Source: an uncultured Aminicenantes bacterium
GTDB taxonomy: Bacteria; Acidobacteriota; Aminicenantia; UBA2199
Direction of reading: 5' to 3'
DNA length: 64,000 nt
NCBI GenBank assembly: GCA_965195285.1
Contig: CBDAFS010000030.1
Location: 18,967-82,966, forward strand
The notes below the pieces were generated by a model that was given only the letters and a program-made list of their open reading frames with translations, had not been told where the DNA came from and ran no database searches. The position numbers were made by a program, and so were the translations under genes. Shown here in pieces: positions 27,452 through 36,731 of the stretch (positions are counted from its first letter, which is position 1; every line of letters starts with the position of its first letter).

Positions 27452-27735
27452 AAGATTAACTGAGGAGTTAGAAGACAGAAGAAATAAATCCGAAATTTAA
27501 ATCATTTTAGCTCAGGTTAAGGTAGAGGTTAAGGTTAAGAAAAAAATTGTTGTAGGGGCAAACGGTGGTTTGCCCGAATCAGAAATCTATTACAAATTGA
27601 TCAAAAAAGAATAGGGCGAATTTCCATTCGCCCCTACAGTTAACCAATTACTAATCACATTTTACGCTTTACGTATTACGCCTTACGTCTTTTCCTTTAC
27701 CTCTACCTTTAACTTTACCTTCACCTTAACCTCAG
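27452..27735. repeat. Nested repeat mosaic containing REP doublet copy 2 (27552-27637), inverted relative to the 23.4-kb copy
   Basis: GTAGGGGCAAAC..GTTTGCCC ... GGGCGAA..TTCGCCCCTAC between hexamer arms. Confidence 0.9.
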
Positions 27736-27744
27736 TTTATTTTC

Positions 27745-28305
27745 TTAATCGATTCCCAGGAGGTCATCCTTGAATCCCTGGCCCGGACCCGGTTTGGGAC
27801 CGATCCAGCAGGCAAAGAGCGCATCGGCAAATGCCTTGCCTTTAATGATGCCTTTGAAGGATTTCTTAACGGTGACCTTGGTGCCCTTTCCCGGGATATA
27901 GGTGAAGGCAATCCGGTCTCCGTCCTTGACATCTTCCATCCAGCTACAGAGTTTTTCGAATTGTTTTTTCAATTCAGGTGAATGATTCGGAGTATTGGCT
28001 TCCAGGCCATCCATCCATGCTCCATTGAGCTTCTTTTTTCCCACACTGCGCAAAAAATGCATGAGGTTCCGGCGCATTTTATCCGCTTTTAATATCTTGT
28101 CGGCGTCTTTCTCCTTTTCGGGAAGGTAGAGGCCGTCCACATAAACTTTGAATACCACTTTTTTTCTCAATGCCATGCCGTTGAGAACCAGCTTGGTCCC
28201 CTCCACGGTCACGGTGTTGGGCATTTCCACTCCTTTAAAGGTCGCTGAATAAACCGGCAGGACCATAGTCAGGATAAGCAAAAGCAGCCATAATTTTTTC
28301 ATCAT
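27745..28305 (-). CDS. Secreted chalcone-isomerase-like family protein
   Basis: Signal peptide MMKKLW after AGGAGG, L.LNG..LRKK..FKVYV.GLYL, F..ALF..W.G..P. Confidence 0.85.
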   Translation of the reverse strand: MMKKLWLLLLILTMVLPVYSATFKGVEMPNTVTVEGTKLVLNGMALRKKVVFKVYVDGLYLPEKEKDADKILKADKMRRNLMHFLRSVGKKKLNGAWMDGLEANTPNHSPELKKQFEKLCSWMEDVKDGDRIAFTYIPGKGTKVTVKKSFKGIIKGKAFADALFACWIGPKPGPGQGFKDDLLGID

Positions 28306-28431
28306 TTTTCCTCCTTTCAAATCGTACTGGTTGTTCAGAAGAATGGTAGTATGGAGAAAAATAAAAGTCAAGGCTGAGATTGAGGTAAAGGTAAAGGCAA
28401 AGGTAGAGGTAAAGGCAAAGAAGGAAAACCG

Positions 28432-28650
28432 CTGGTCATTAGAACTCTCTGACTTTTGTCATTTAGAACTATCATAACTTGTCATTGAAACTCTAAAGAA
28501 CTTGTCATTAAAAAACTATTATAACTTGTCATTATAGTTCTACAGAGCTCTTAATGACGTGAACGCAGTGAACTCATGACGCATGTTTTACATGCTAATG
28601 ACGCACGCATCGCGTGCTAATGACACGAGCGAAGCGAGTAAATGACAAGT
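28432..28650. repeat. GTCATT/AATGAC periodic palindromic element, copy 2
   Basis: GTCATT at 28435/28458/28481/28504/28528; (A/C)ATGAC at 28553/28575/28597/28619/28641. Confidence 0.88.
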
Positions 28651-28764
28651 TGATTTGTTCTTAACTTCAGAACTTCTTATCTTCTGAATTCTAAGGTTAA
28701 GAGAGCACAAATTATGATGCCAATCATCCCAATGAATGCTATAATGGGTGGTGTGAAAACGGTC

Positions 28765-31596
28765 ATGCAGGAAACACACTTTCCCCAATGGATTGAAGCC
28801 GGATTCCGGACTTATGGTGATGATCCCTGGTTTTTTCTAAGGGAATTAGCCCAGAACAGCCGGGATGCCGGAGCCAGAACGGTCCGGATATCCGTGGCCT
28901 CATCCGACCGGGAGCAGGAGATTTTAGCCTTCCTGGATGACGGCAGCGGGATGTCCTTTGCCCATGCCCGGAATTTTTTGTTTCGCCTGTATGCCTCCAG
29001 CAAAGCCCATGACAAATATTCGGCCGGCATGTATGGCATCGGTTTCTGGACCGTTCTGCGATTCCAGCCTGAGTTGATTGTCATCGAATCCAAAACCGGA
29101 GATCAATCCTGGTCCATTGAGATCGATTCCCGATTCCGGGTCAAAACCACCACCTGCCAATTAAGCCGGAAGGGTACCCGGATCACCCTGATCCGGAAAT
29201 CCATAAACCAAAACCCGGAACCGTTTACGAAAGTCGTGAAAGATCGGGCCATTCATTATTGCGGTTATCTGCGTCGCAACAACCATCAGGCCAGCCCCCT
29301 GCCCGTATTCTTTGAAGACCGGTGCATTTCCCGCGAATTCGAATTGCCCCTGGTTATCGGATCTCCTTTCAAAAGGGGACCGGTAGAAGGCCTGGTCGGG
29401 TTTGATCATCAACCCCGGGTGATCCTGTACGCCCGGGGATTGCCGGTATGGGAGGGTACCCGTCTGGATGAGCTCTTTCACCTCCCCCCTGATAAGGAAC
29501 CGGAATCGGAAATCGGCCCGGGGCTGGCCCCGGTGTTCTTAATCAACGGAAACCACCTGGATGTAAATATTTCCCGGAAAACCATCATGGAAAACCGGGC
29601 CCTGGAGAAAGTTAAAAAAATCGCGGAAAGGGAAATGTCCCATTTAATCGACAATTATTCCAACCGGATATTTCACCACAGCTGGCTTCAAAAACTGCGG
29701 CTCCGGATTATAAAAATAGGTCAAAAATGGAAACCCCGCTTCTGGGTATCCCTGTTCATTTTACTGTTGATCCTGATTCCCCTGGAAATTGTCCTGCTCA
29801 AGACCCTGTTGCCATCCAGGGCCGGAACCAACAACAGCTCCAGACCGGGGGCCAATGCCTTTCTGAAACCGGAAATCCAATCCTATCCGGGGGCCACTGT
29901 ATTACCGTTTTCCCGGCCCCAGCCCCTGAACATGTCCTATTCTCCCCAAACAGATATCTGGTTCAAGGTTTTCACCGCCGGCACCTACCGCCCCAGACAG
30001 GGTTTCATCCGCTCTTCAACGCAACCGGTCTTCCCCCTGGCAACCAACCGGTCCTGTGCGGATAAAAAAATATTGGTTCGCCTGAAAATACCGGGAAGCG
30101 GCAGCCTGTTCCTGCCCCGGCCAATCGGCCATGACATTCAGCCCGACAGCCTGGTCGTCAACAGGATTCCGGTCCAAGGGGCTAAGATGACTTCCGGAGG
30201 TGAAACAATCATCAATCTGTCATTCTCAGACGGGGAAATCCGCTATTTATGCTGCCCGACAACCGAGAGGGAAGACACATTGCCATCAAGTTCGGGACAA
30301 TGGACCCGGCTCCCCGTACGGCTGAAGATCCCGGCCCGGCTCGAAAGGATTCTGGAATCCGCTGCTGAATTAAATCCCGGTCAGAAAATCCAATTAGCCA
30401 TTAAACTCAGCATCGACAACCTGTCATACGACACCTCTCCGGAAACCGCCCGGGCTTATCAGCAAGCCGGGAATGGTTCCGACTGGGTTGAAAAGGTCCT
30501 GAACATCGGCAGGGGAGACTGTGATATCATCAATGGCCTCACCGTATTGTGGCTGAGGAAGATGGGTATCCCGGCCCGGCTGGTTATCGGGCTGGTCGGC
30601 GTTCAGGGCACCATCCAAACCAGCCTGCACGCCTGGACCGAATACAAACTTCAGGGCTGGCAAATCTTAGATACCTCCCGGCTGACTGCCAGGGCAACCC
30701 CGTTGGCAGCGAATCAGTTCCTCCAGGAACCTCCCGGGCCAAGCACACCGGAAAAATCCCGTTTATGGCTATATCTGCTGCTCTCCATCCTGATCTGCCT
30801 GATCCCGGTCTTGTTTTTTGTATTCAAAAAAAATCAAAAACCATCAATTCCTCAAGGCCAACAGATGGATGAAATAAAACAGAACCTGGCCAGGATGGCC
30901 ATCGGCGCCCTGGTCCAGCCCCGGTTATGGGATGACCACGCCAGCTTCCGGGAATACCGGATCATTCCCACCGTAAACAATAAGGCCATTTCCCTGAAAA
31001 GGGCACTGACCCTGGCTGACCAGGGAAAACTGTTAGCCGGTGGACCGACCAACCCGCTTTCAACAGAATTCAGTCAACAGGGGCACCCGGTTCTGGACCT
31101 GGATGACCGGGCCTTTTCAGGACTGATTCGCTTAATCCCCGGCGTGGTTGATCTGAACCTGATCCGGGATTTGAAAGCCAGGGTATTGCCAATACCCGAA
31201 GATCCGTCCCTGTCCGGCTTCCTGGAACAGGTCAATCAAACCCTGAAAACCATAAAAAGCTCATTGCCGCCCTGCCTGCCCGGCCCCGGGTTGAACCACC
31301 AGGAAATGCTTCGGGTCAACTTTCCCGGGCCACCGGTATCAGCGGGCGGAATCCTGCGGTCATACTGGCCGGGAAACCGAAACCATGTGTCCGGGCTTCC
31401 CCGGCAATTCTTAGCCATCAATCCCCAAAGCCAACGGATCCGGGACCTGGTCTACCTGTATGCTAAAAACCCTTCCCTGGCCAGGTTCCGGATGATTAAA
31501 ATGGTCATCAACCAGGCCGGATTGTTAGGGGAGCAAAAAAAGAAGTTGTTAAGAAAAACCTCGCGCATTCTGCTTCAAGAGGACCTGATCCCATGA
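28765..31596 (+). CDS. GHKL (Hsp90/MORC-like) ATPase - TM - transglutaminase-like domain - TM fusion protein
   Basis: RELAQNSRDA, DDGSGM, GMYGIG; GDC..., LR..GIPARLV.G, HAW.E, W...D triad; two TM helices. Extended -10 TGCTATAAT at 28737-28745 suggests the MQETH start. Confidence 0.8.
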   Translation: MQETHFPQWIEAGFRTYGDDPWFFLRELAQNSRDAGARTVRISVASSDREQEILAFLDDGSGMSFAHARNFLFRLYASSKAHDKYSAGMYGIGFWTVLRFQPELIVIESKTGDQSWSIEIDSRFRVKTTTCQLSRKGTRITLIRKSINQNPEPFTKVVKDRAIHYCGYLRRNNHQASPLPVFFEDRCISREFELPLVIGSPFKRGPVEGLVGFDHQPRVILYARGLPVWEGTRLDELFHLPPDKEPESEIGPGLAPVFLINGNHLDVNISRKTIMENRALEKVKKIAEREMSHLIDNYSNRIFHHSWLQKLRLRIIKIGQKWKPRFWVSLFILLLILIPLEIVLLKTLLPSRAGTNNSSRPGANAFLKPEIQSYPGATVLPFSRPQPLNMSYSPQTDIWFKVFTAGTYRPRQGFIRSSTQPVFPLATNRSCADKKILVRLKIPGSGSLFLPRPIGHDIQPDSLVVNRIPVQGAKMTSGGETIINLSFSDGEIRYLCCPTTEREDTLPSSSGQWTRLPVRLKIPARLERILESAAELNPGQKIQLAIKLSIDNLSYDTSPETARAYQQAGNGSDWVEKVLNIGRGDCDIINGLTVLWLRKMGIPARLVIGLVGVQGTIQTSLHAWTEYKLQGWQILDTSRLTARATPLAANQFLQEPPGPSTPEKSRLWLYLLLSILICLIPVLFFVFKKNQKPSIPQGQQMDEIKQNLARMAIGALVQPRLWDDHASFREYRIIPTVNNKAISLKRALTLADQGKLLAGGPTNPLSTEFSQQGHPVLDLDDRAFSGLIRLIPGVVDLNLIRDLKARVLPIPEDPSLSGFLEQVNQTLKTIKSSLPPCLPGPGLNHQEMLRVNFPGPPVSAGGILRSYWPGNRNHVSGLPRQFLAINPQSQRIRDLVYLYAKNPSLARFRMIKMVINQAGLLGEQKKKLLRKTSRILLQEDLIP

Positions 31597-33098
31597 ATCC
31601 TGAGAATCTCTTTTCCATAGATGTGGATGCCCATTTGGAAAAATTGACCCGCCATACCTATCGCTCCCGCTCCCATTACCCGGTGGAATTGGTTCGTCTG
31701 GCCCTGATGAGGGGAGCCTCTCAGATCTCTGTCAACCTGAATGACAGCCAGGTAGAAATCCGGGACAATGGAACCGGCATCGAAGACACCCTTATCCATG
31801 AATTGAAATCCCTGATGCAAGCCTCTCATGCCGATGATATCAGGGAACAAGCCATGCTCGACCTGCAAAACTCCGAAGGCATCGGTTTATTGGCCATGTT
31901 TTCGCCCTCTCCCTTCCGGATTATCATAAAAAATTCAACTCCGAACCATGGGCATTACTTAGATTTTCAGGAAGGCAAGCTCCGAGAATTTTCCAGACAC
32001 AACTCCGGAGCCGGCACCGAGCCTTTTGTTCCGGGTACCCGCATCCTTCTGTACCGAAAGGGCCAATCCAGGGAACTGGAAATCAAAATCCTGAAGGAAT
32101 ACTGCCGGGGAGTTGTACGGAGCATTCTGCTGAACGGACAACCCATCAGTCAACAGGCCATCATCCGCAACCAGCTGGCCTGGTTGAGATTCGATCACTA
32201 TATCAATGAAGGAATGGGAGAAGTCGGAATCCCCAAACGGGGAGATGTCTGCAGAATCTGGATGTTAAGCCAGGGAATTCCCCTGACCAGAAAAATCATT
32301 GCCCCCTGGCGAGGATTCGTATTTGATGCGGCCATCGAGTACAGCGATGACCTGACCACAGAACTGCTGGACCGCCTATTAACCGAAGTCAGGAGCCTTT
32401 ACCAACATTTAATAACCAAATACCCGAAACTCCCTGCACTGACCGGGCAACGGATTGAGGAATTGATATTCAAGCACCACCGGCTGAGCGGAGATTCAAC
32501 CCTGGTGGAAAAATTAGCTGTGTTCCCGGCCTTGAATTCACCCTGCCTGTTGACCCTGCCCCAATTAAGAGAATTAGCCATTGATAGCAGATTATTGGCC
32601 ATTCCGCCCGATGCCCCGGCATCCGAATATCAGGACATTGAAAAAACCATACTCCGACTGAGTCAGCAGCAAGCCGATTATCTGGTTAACCATGTCAGTA
32701 TCCCCATTCGTTTTCTGCCAATGACCAGCCGGCATTCCCGGATGAGAAGCTGGATCTCAAGGATGATGGCCAAATGGAAATCAACATACAGGCGAATTAC
32801 CCGGGGAAAAAATAAAATCCTCCCCCCGGATCAACTGTCAGACCGGGAGAAAAATTTCAGCATGGCCTTATCCCAATACCTGAACCGGAAGACCTCTGAT
32901 TTTAACACACCGCTGATCCAAGAATCCGGTTTTATCAATGGATGGGGCCGGGTACCCGGGTGGCTGTTGATCGATGAGACCGGGTTGGAACCATCACGGC
33001 TGGTCATCCGGCGAAAACATGCATTAGTCAGAAAAGCAGTGGAGTCGGTTTTCCAAAACCCGAACAATATTGAATATATCGGCCCCTTATTCCAGTGA
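31593..33098 (+). CDS. Degenerate GHKL-ATPase domain protein
   Basis: VELVRLAL (N-box Asn missing), IRDNGTGI, GIGL. ATGA overlap with the upstream gene. Confidence 0.65.
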   Translation: MNPENLFSIDVDAHLEKLTRHTYRSRSHYPVELVRLALMRGASQISVNLNDSQVEIRDNGTGIEDTLIHELKSLMQASHADDIREQAMLDLQNSEGIGLLAMFSPSPFRIIIKNSTPNHGHYLDFQEGKLREFSRHNSGAGTEPFVPGTRILLYRKGQSRELEIKILKEYCRGVVRSILLNGQPISQQAIIRNQLAWLRFDHYINEGMGEVGIPKRGDVCRIWMLSQGIPLTRKIIAPWRGFVFDAAIEYSDDLTTELLDRLLTEVRSLYQHLITKYPKLPALTGQRIEELIFKHHRLSGDSTLVEKLAVFPALNSPCLLTLPQLRELAIDSRLLAIPPDAPASEYQDIEKTILRLSQQQADYLVNHVSIPIRFLPMTSRHSRMRSWISRMMAKWKSTYRRITRGKNKILPPDQLSDREKNFSMALSQYLNRKTSDFNTPLIQESGFINGWGRVPGWLLIDETGLEPSRLVIRRKHALVRKAVESVFQNPNNIEYIGPLFQ

Positions 33099-34640
33099 AC
33101 GCACCGGCCGGATAAAATTTTCCAGATCAAACGGACAGCCTAACATATAGCCCTCATCAAACCGCACCACCCAGGCCCCGTTTATGCCGTATTGATTACT
33201 GGTCCAGATATTTTTCTGTGTTCTGGAAAATATATTATCAATATGAAGTGAATCCTCTCGATTGGCACTGGTGAGCAACGAGGCTGCCTCTTTGAGGGTG
33301 GGCAGGCGCCAGTCTCCAAAACCGGCAAATTTTTGCCGGTTAAACCATTCCACCCAGCCTTTGACCCGCTCATGTTTCATGGGCCGGATGGAACCGGAAT
33401 AATACCACATTAATCCGGTGGTCGTATCCACAATAACCATTCGTTTTCCGATGATTTTTTTCTCGAACTGATTGTTGAAACGCCCGTATCTGTTCCAGAT
33501 CCGGTCATAGAAATTATTCCTTTTGATCATGGATTTAACCGAATCCGAATCCAGTATCCGAGGATCAGAACCAACCCGTATATATTTAAGGGCAATTACC
33601 ACGGCCAGGGCCAGCACCATGAAAAAAAATATGGTTTTTACCATCAATCTTATTTTCTGTCCCCTGGACTTTTTTTTATTCGATTTCAGACTGGAATCGA
33701 CTTTCCTGGGAATGGATTTTGAAGACCGGGTTAACGTTGATGGGGTCAATGGGAGTGAAATCTCCTTGGTTTGATCGGAAATCTTAATTGCTTTCCGCAT
33801 TTTGGATTTTCCGGGACGGGTTTCCGAAACCATCCGGGCATCCAGCAGTGGCTTCAACAATCCGTTCAGGGCTTCTTCGGTGCGAACCCGTTTGCGCCGG
33901 TCCTTTTCCATGAGCCGGTTGATCAGGGGCTGATACTTTTTTAAATTCGAGGGCAAGCGGGGAATGGGTTGTTCGATATGCTTGAGAATGACCCCCAGGG
34001 TATTTTCCGCATCATAGGGGACCTTTCCGGTCAGCAACTCATAAAGGACAACCCCCAGACTGTAAATATCGCTGCGGCCATCAACCCTTTCTCCTTTTGC
34101 CTGCTCGGGACTGATATAACTGGGGGTCCCGATGGACATGCCGGTTTTGGTCAATTTGGTCGAGGCATTGATGGGGCTGGCAATGCCAAAATCCAGAACC
34201 ACCGGAGTGCCGTCTTTACGAAACATGATGTTATCCGGCTTTATATCCCGATGAATAAAACCCATGCGGTGGGCATAAAACAGGGACCCGGCAATTTGCT
34301 TGATGAGTAACAGCGATTCTTCGGGTTTGCCACGGCGATAAGCCTTTAACCGTTCCTTCAAACTCTCCTGAAGGTATTCCATGACAATGTAGTAACTATC
34401 CCCGGTTTTGCCCACATCATAGACCGTAATGATATTGGGATGCACCAGTTTGGAAAGGGTATGGGCCTCGCGTTTGAACCGCTTTAGAAAAAGTGAGTCC
34501 CGGAAAATCGAGGGGATCAGAATCTTGATGGCCACCATCCGGTTCAGATTTTTTTGAACCGCCAGGTACACATCGGCCATGCCTCCGCGCCCTAATAATT
34601 TCATAAATTTATATCCGGGAATTTCAGGAAATTTCGGCAT
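33087..34640 (-). CDS. Ser/Thr protein kinase with TM and C-terminal DUF1566 (Lcl) domain
   Basis: LGRGGMADVY, VAIK, HRDIKPDN, DFG, GTPSYISPEQ; D..TGLMW, DWRLPT..E, WTS, AW.V.F..G, RPVR. Confidence 0.9.
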   Translation of the reverse strand: MPKFPEIPGYKFMKLLGRGGMADVYLAVQKNLNRMVAIKILIPSIFRDSLFLKRFKREAHTLSKLVHPNIITVYDVGKTGDSYYIVMEYLQESLKERLKAYRRGKPEESLLLIKQIAGSLFYAHRMGFIHRDIKPDNIMFRKDGTPVVLDFGIASPINASTKLTKTGMSIGTPSYISPEQAKGERVDGRSDIYSLGVVLYELLTGKVPYDAENTLGVILKHIEQPIPRLPSNLKKYQPLINRLMEKDRRKRVRTEEALNGLLKPLLDARMVSETRPGKSKMRKAIKISDQTKEISLPLTPSTLTRSSKSIPRKVDSSLKSNKKKSRGQKIRLMVKTIFFFMVLALAVVIALKYIRVGSDPRILDSDSVKSMIKRNNFYDRIWNRYGRFNNQFEKKIIGKRMVIVDTTTGLMWYYSGSIRPMKHERVKGWVEWFNRQKFAGFGDWRLPTLKEAASLLTSANREDSLHIDNIFSRTQKNIWTSNQYGINGAWVVRFDEGYMLGCPFDLENFIRPVRSLE

Positions 34641-34731
34641 TTTATTGCTCTTGAACAACGATTGTATAATCAATACTATATATTTTTCAAGAAAAAGTCA
34701 ACCTGAAGGAAACGCTATAATCAATTATTAA

Positions 34732-35125
34732 AATGCCGGGAGATGTTATTCGTTCACCATTGCGGGTATGACCATCAACATATTCTTATTCTATAAATGC
34801 GTCGCAATGACGGCCGCCTCACCAGTAGTGCACGTCAACAGCTCCACATTTATTGACGCAGAAGAATATGCGATGGTGCCCATCCCCTCCATTTGCGTTC
34901 CTTCACAACATCTGCCGGCATTCTCAAATTTGAATAACAACCGTTCATGATCGAGCGAACCTCAGGGAGGTAATTGGGCACCGGCGAGAACGAGTCGAAT
35001 GGTCCTCTCTTCAGTGGAAAAAATGTCTCTGTCTGAGGCCGAAGGCCGAGTTGGACATTTTTAATGAGACGAGTTCGTATTCCGGTCAATTATCGGACGG
35101 GTGAGCGAGACATGAACTGTTGTTA
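34732..35125. other. Two adjacent ~190-nt imperfect hairpins (candidate ncRNA or palindromic elements)
   Basis: Multiple nested complementary blocks in each half. Confidence 0.55.
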
Positions 35126-35228
35126 CTATGGTACGTGTGGTGATCGAACCACACCACCTGGTATTAATGCATCACAAGAGTAGAAAAAATCACCTGTTTT
35201 ATTGTATAATGAATTCTTTAAAAAACCG

Positions 35229-36731
35229 ATGTCTATCCTGAGCTTCGAATTTATTTTTTTCTTTGCCCTTGTAATCATTAGCTATTATCTTGTTCCTATT
35301 CGTTGGAGATGGGTGCATCTCCTCTTATCCAGCATATTTTTTTATGGATTAATCAGCCTGCCTTACCTTTTTCTGGTTATCATTTTAACCGTCATTGATT
35401 TTTTCATAGCCAAAGGTTTTGTTCTGGAAAAATTCAAAAACAGAAAAAAAATACTTCTTATCTCCGGGCTTGGTGCCAACATACTGATTCTATTCTTTTT
35501 CAAGGCTCTGAACCCGATTTACACCGGGCTGGTCCGGCTTTTGCACAGTCCGGACCTGAAAACCGTCTCCCCTCTGTTCAACCTGATCTTGCCCCTGGGA
35601 ATCTCCTACTATATTTTCAAGAAACTGAGCTATTTAATAGATACTTACCGGGGAAAACACTCCCCGGAAAGAAATTACGCCAAACTGCTGCTCTATGTGA
35701 TCTTTTTTCCCGAAATCACAGCCGGGCCCATTGATCGGGCCGGCACCCTGATTCCCCAGTTCGGCAGTACCCGGGATTTTGATCGCCAGCAGATTCTCCG
35801 GGGCATTCAGCTCATCTTATGGGGGATGTTTAAAAAACTGATTATTGCCGACCGGCTGGCCGGCCTGGTCAACCCGATTTTCAACCAGCCGGATCATTTC
35901 GGCGCCGGATACCTGGCCCTGGCCACCCTGGGTTTTTCCATTCAGATTTACTGTGATTTTTCCGGATACACCGATATGGCCATCGGTATCGGCCATACCC
36001 TGGGCTACTCGCTCACGGATAATTTTGACCGCCCCTATTTCTCCCGATCCATAGTTGAATTCTGGAAACGCTGGCATATATCACTGTCCAAATGGCTGCA
36101 GGATTACCTTTTTTTACCACTAGCCTATTATGCCTCCCGGAAGTTAAAAAGTGAAACGGTTTTTAAAATCAAATCCGACCTGCTGGCCTATGGCTTCGGG
36201 GTGATAGTAACCATGTCTTTGTGCGGATTGTGGCACGGGTTTAGTTTTACTTTCTTATTCTGGGGTTTTCTTCACGGGTTTTTTCTGGCCCTGTCCTTCT
36301 TTACCCGAAAACCCAGAAGAAAAATCCGGAAATTTCTGAAATTAAAACAATTCCCCGTGCTGGACCGTTTCATTCAAACCTCACTGACCTTTTCCCTGGT
36401 CTCCTTTGCCTGGATTTTCTTCCGGGCCAATTCCCTGTCCGAGGGGTTTGAAATTGTGGGCCGTATTTTTCTGGGTAGCGGAGCCGGGAGAGACAGCAGC
36501 CGTCTTTTAACCCTTTCATCAACCGGATTCTCTCCCATAGATTTTTTGATCGCAACAGTAGCCATCCTGTTCTTGCTGCTGATCGAATGGTTTCTCCCTA
36601 TAGTGAAATTCGGGAAACGGATCCGAACCGCTCCCATCTGGCAGCGCTGGCTCATCTATTATGCAGTCATATTCATTATCCTGTTTTTTGGGGTATTCGA
36701 ATCTGATATTTTCATATACGAGGGTTTTTAA
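35229..36731 (+). CDS. MBOAT family O-acyltransferase (AlgI/DltB-like)
   Basis: LPLGISYY.F, FFP...AGPI.R, QIYCDFSGYTDMA, NF..PY, FW.RWHISLS.W, GLWHG. Confidence 0.93.
   Translation: MSILSFEFIFFFALVIISYYLVPIRWRWVHLLLSSIFFYGLISLPYLFLVIILTVIDFFIAKGFVLEKFKNRKKILLISGLGANILILFFFKALNPIYTGLVRLLHSPDLKTVSPLFNLILPLGISYYIFKKLSYLIDTYRGKHSPERNYAKLLLYVIFFPEITAGPIDRAGTLIPQFGSTRDFDRQQILRGIQLILWGMFKKLIIADRLAGLVNPIFNQPDHFGAGYLALATLGFSIQIYCDFSGYTDMAIGIGHTLGYSLTDNFDRPYFSRSIVEFWKRWHISLSKWLQDYLFLPLAYYASRKLKSETVFKIKSDLLAYGFGVIVTMSLCGLWHGFSFTFLFWGFLHGFFLALSFFTRKPRRKIRKFLKLKQFPVLDRFIQTSLTFSLVSFAWIFFRANSLSEGFEIVGRIFLGSGAGRDSSRLLTLSSTGFSPIDFLIATVAILFLLLIEWFLPIVKFGKRIRTAPIWQRWLIYYAVIFIILFFGVFESDIFIYEGF

Noticed and set aside
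28432-28650. CRISPR array interpretation of the periodic GTCATT units
   Set aside because: The conserved word is only 6-8 nt, the period is 22-23 nt, orientation flips midway, and no cas genes are present.
34768-35089. Small ORFs in the kinase-MBOAT intergenic region
   Set aside because: No RBS or motifs; the region is better explained by hairpin structure.
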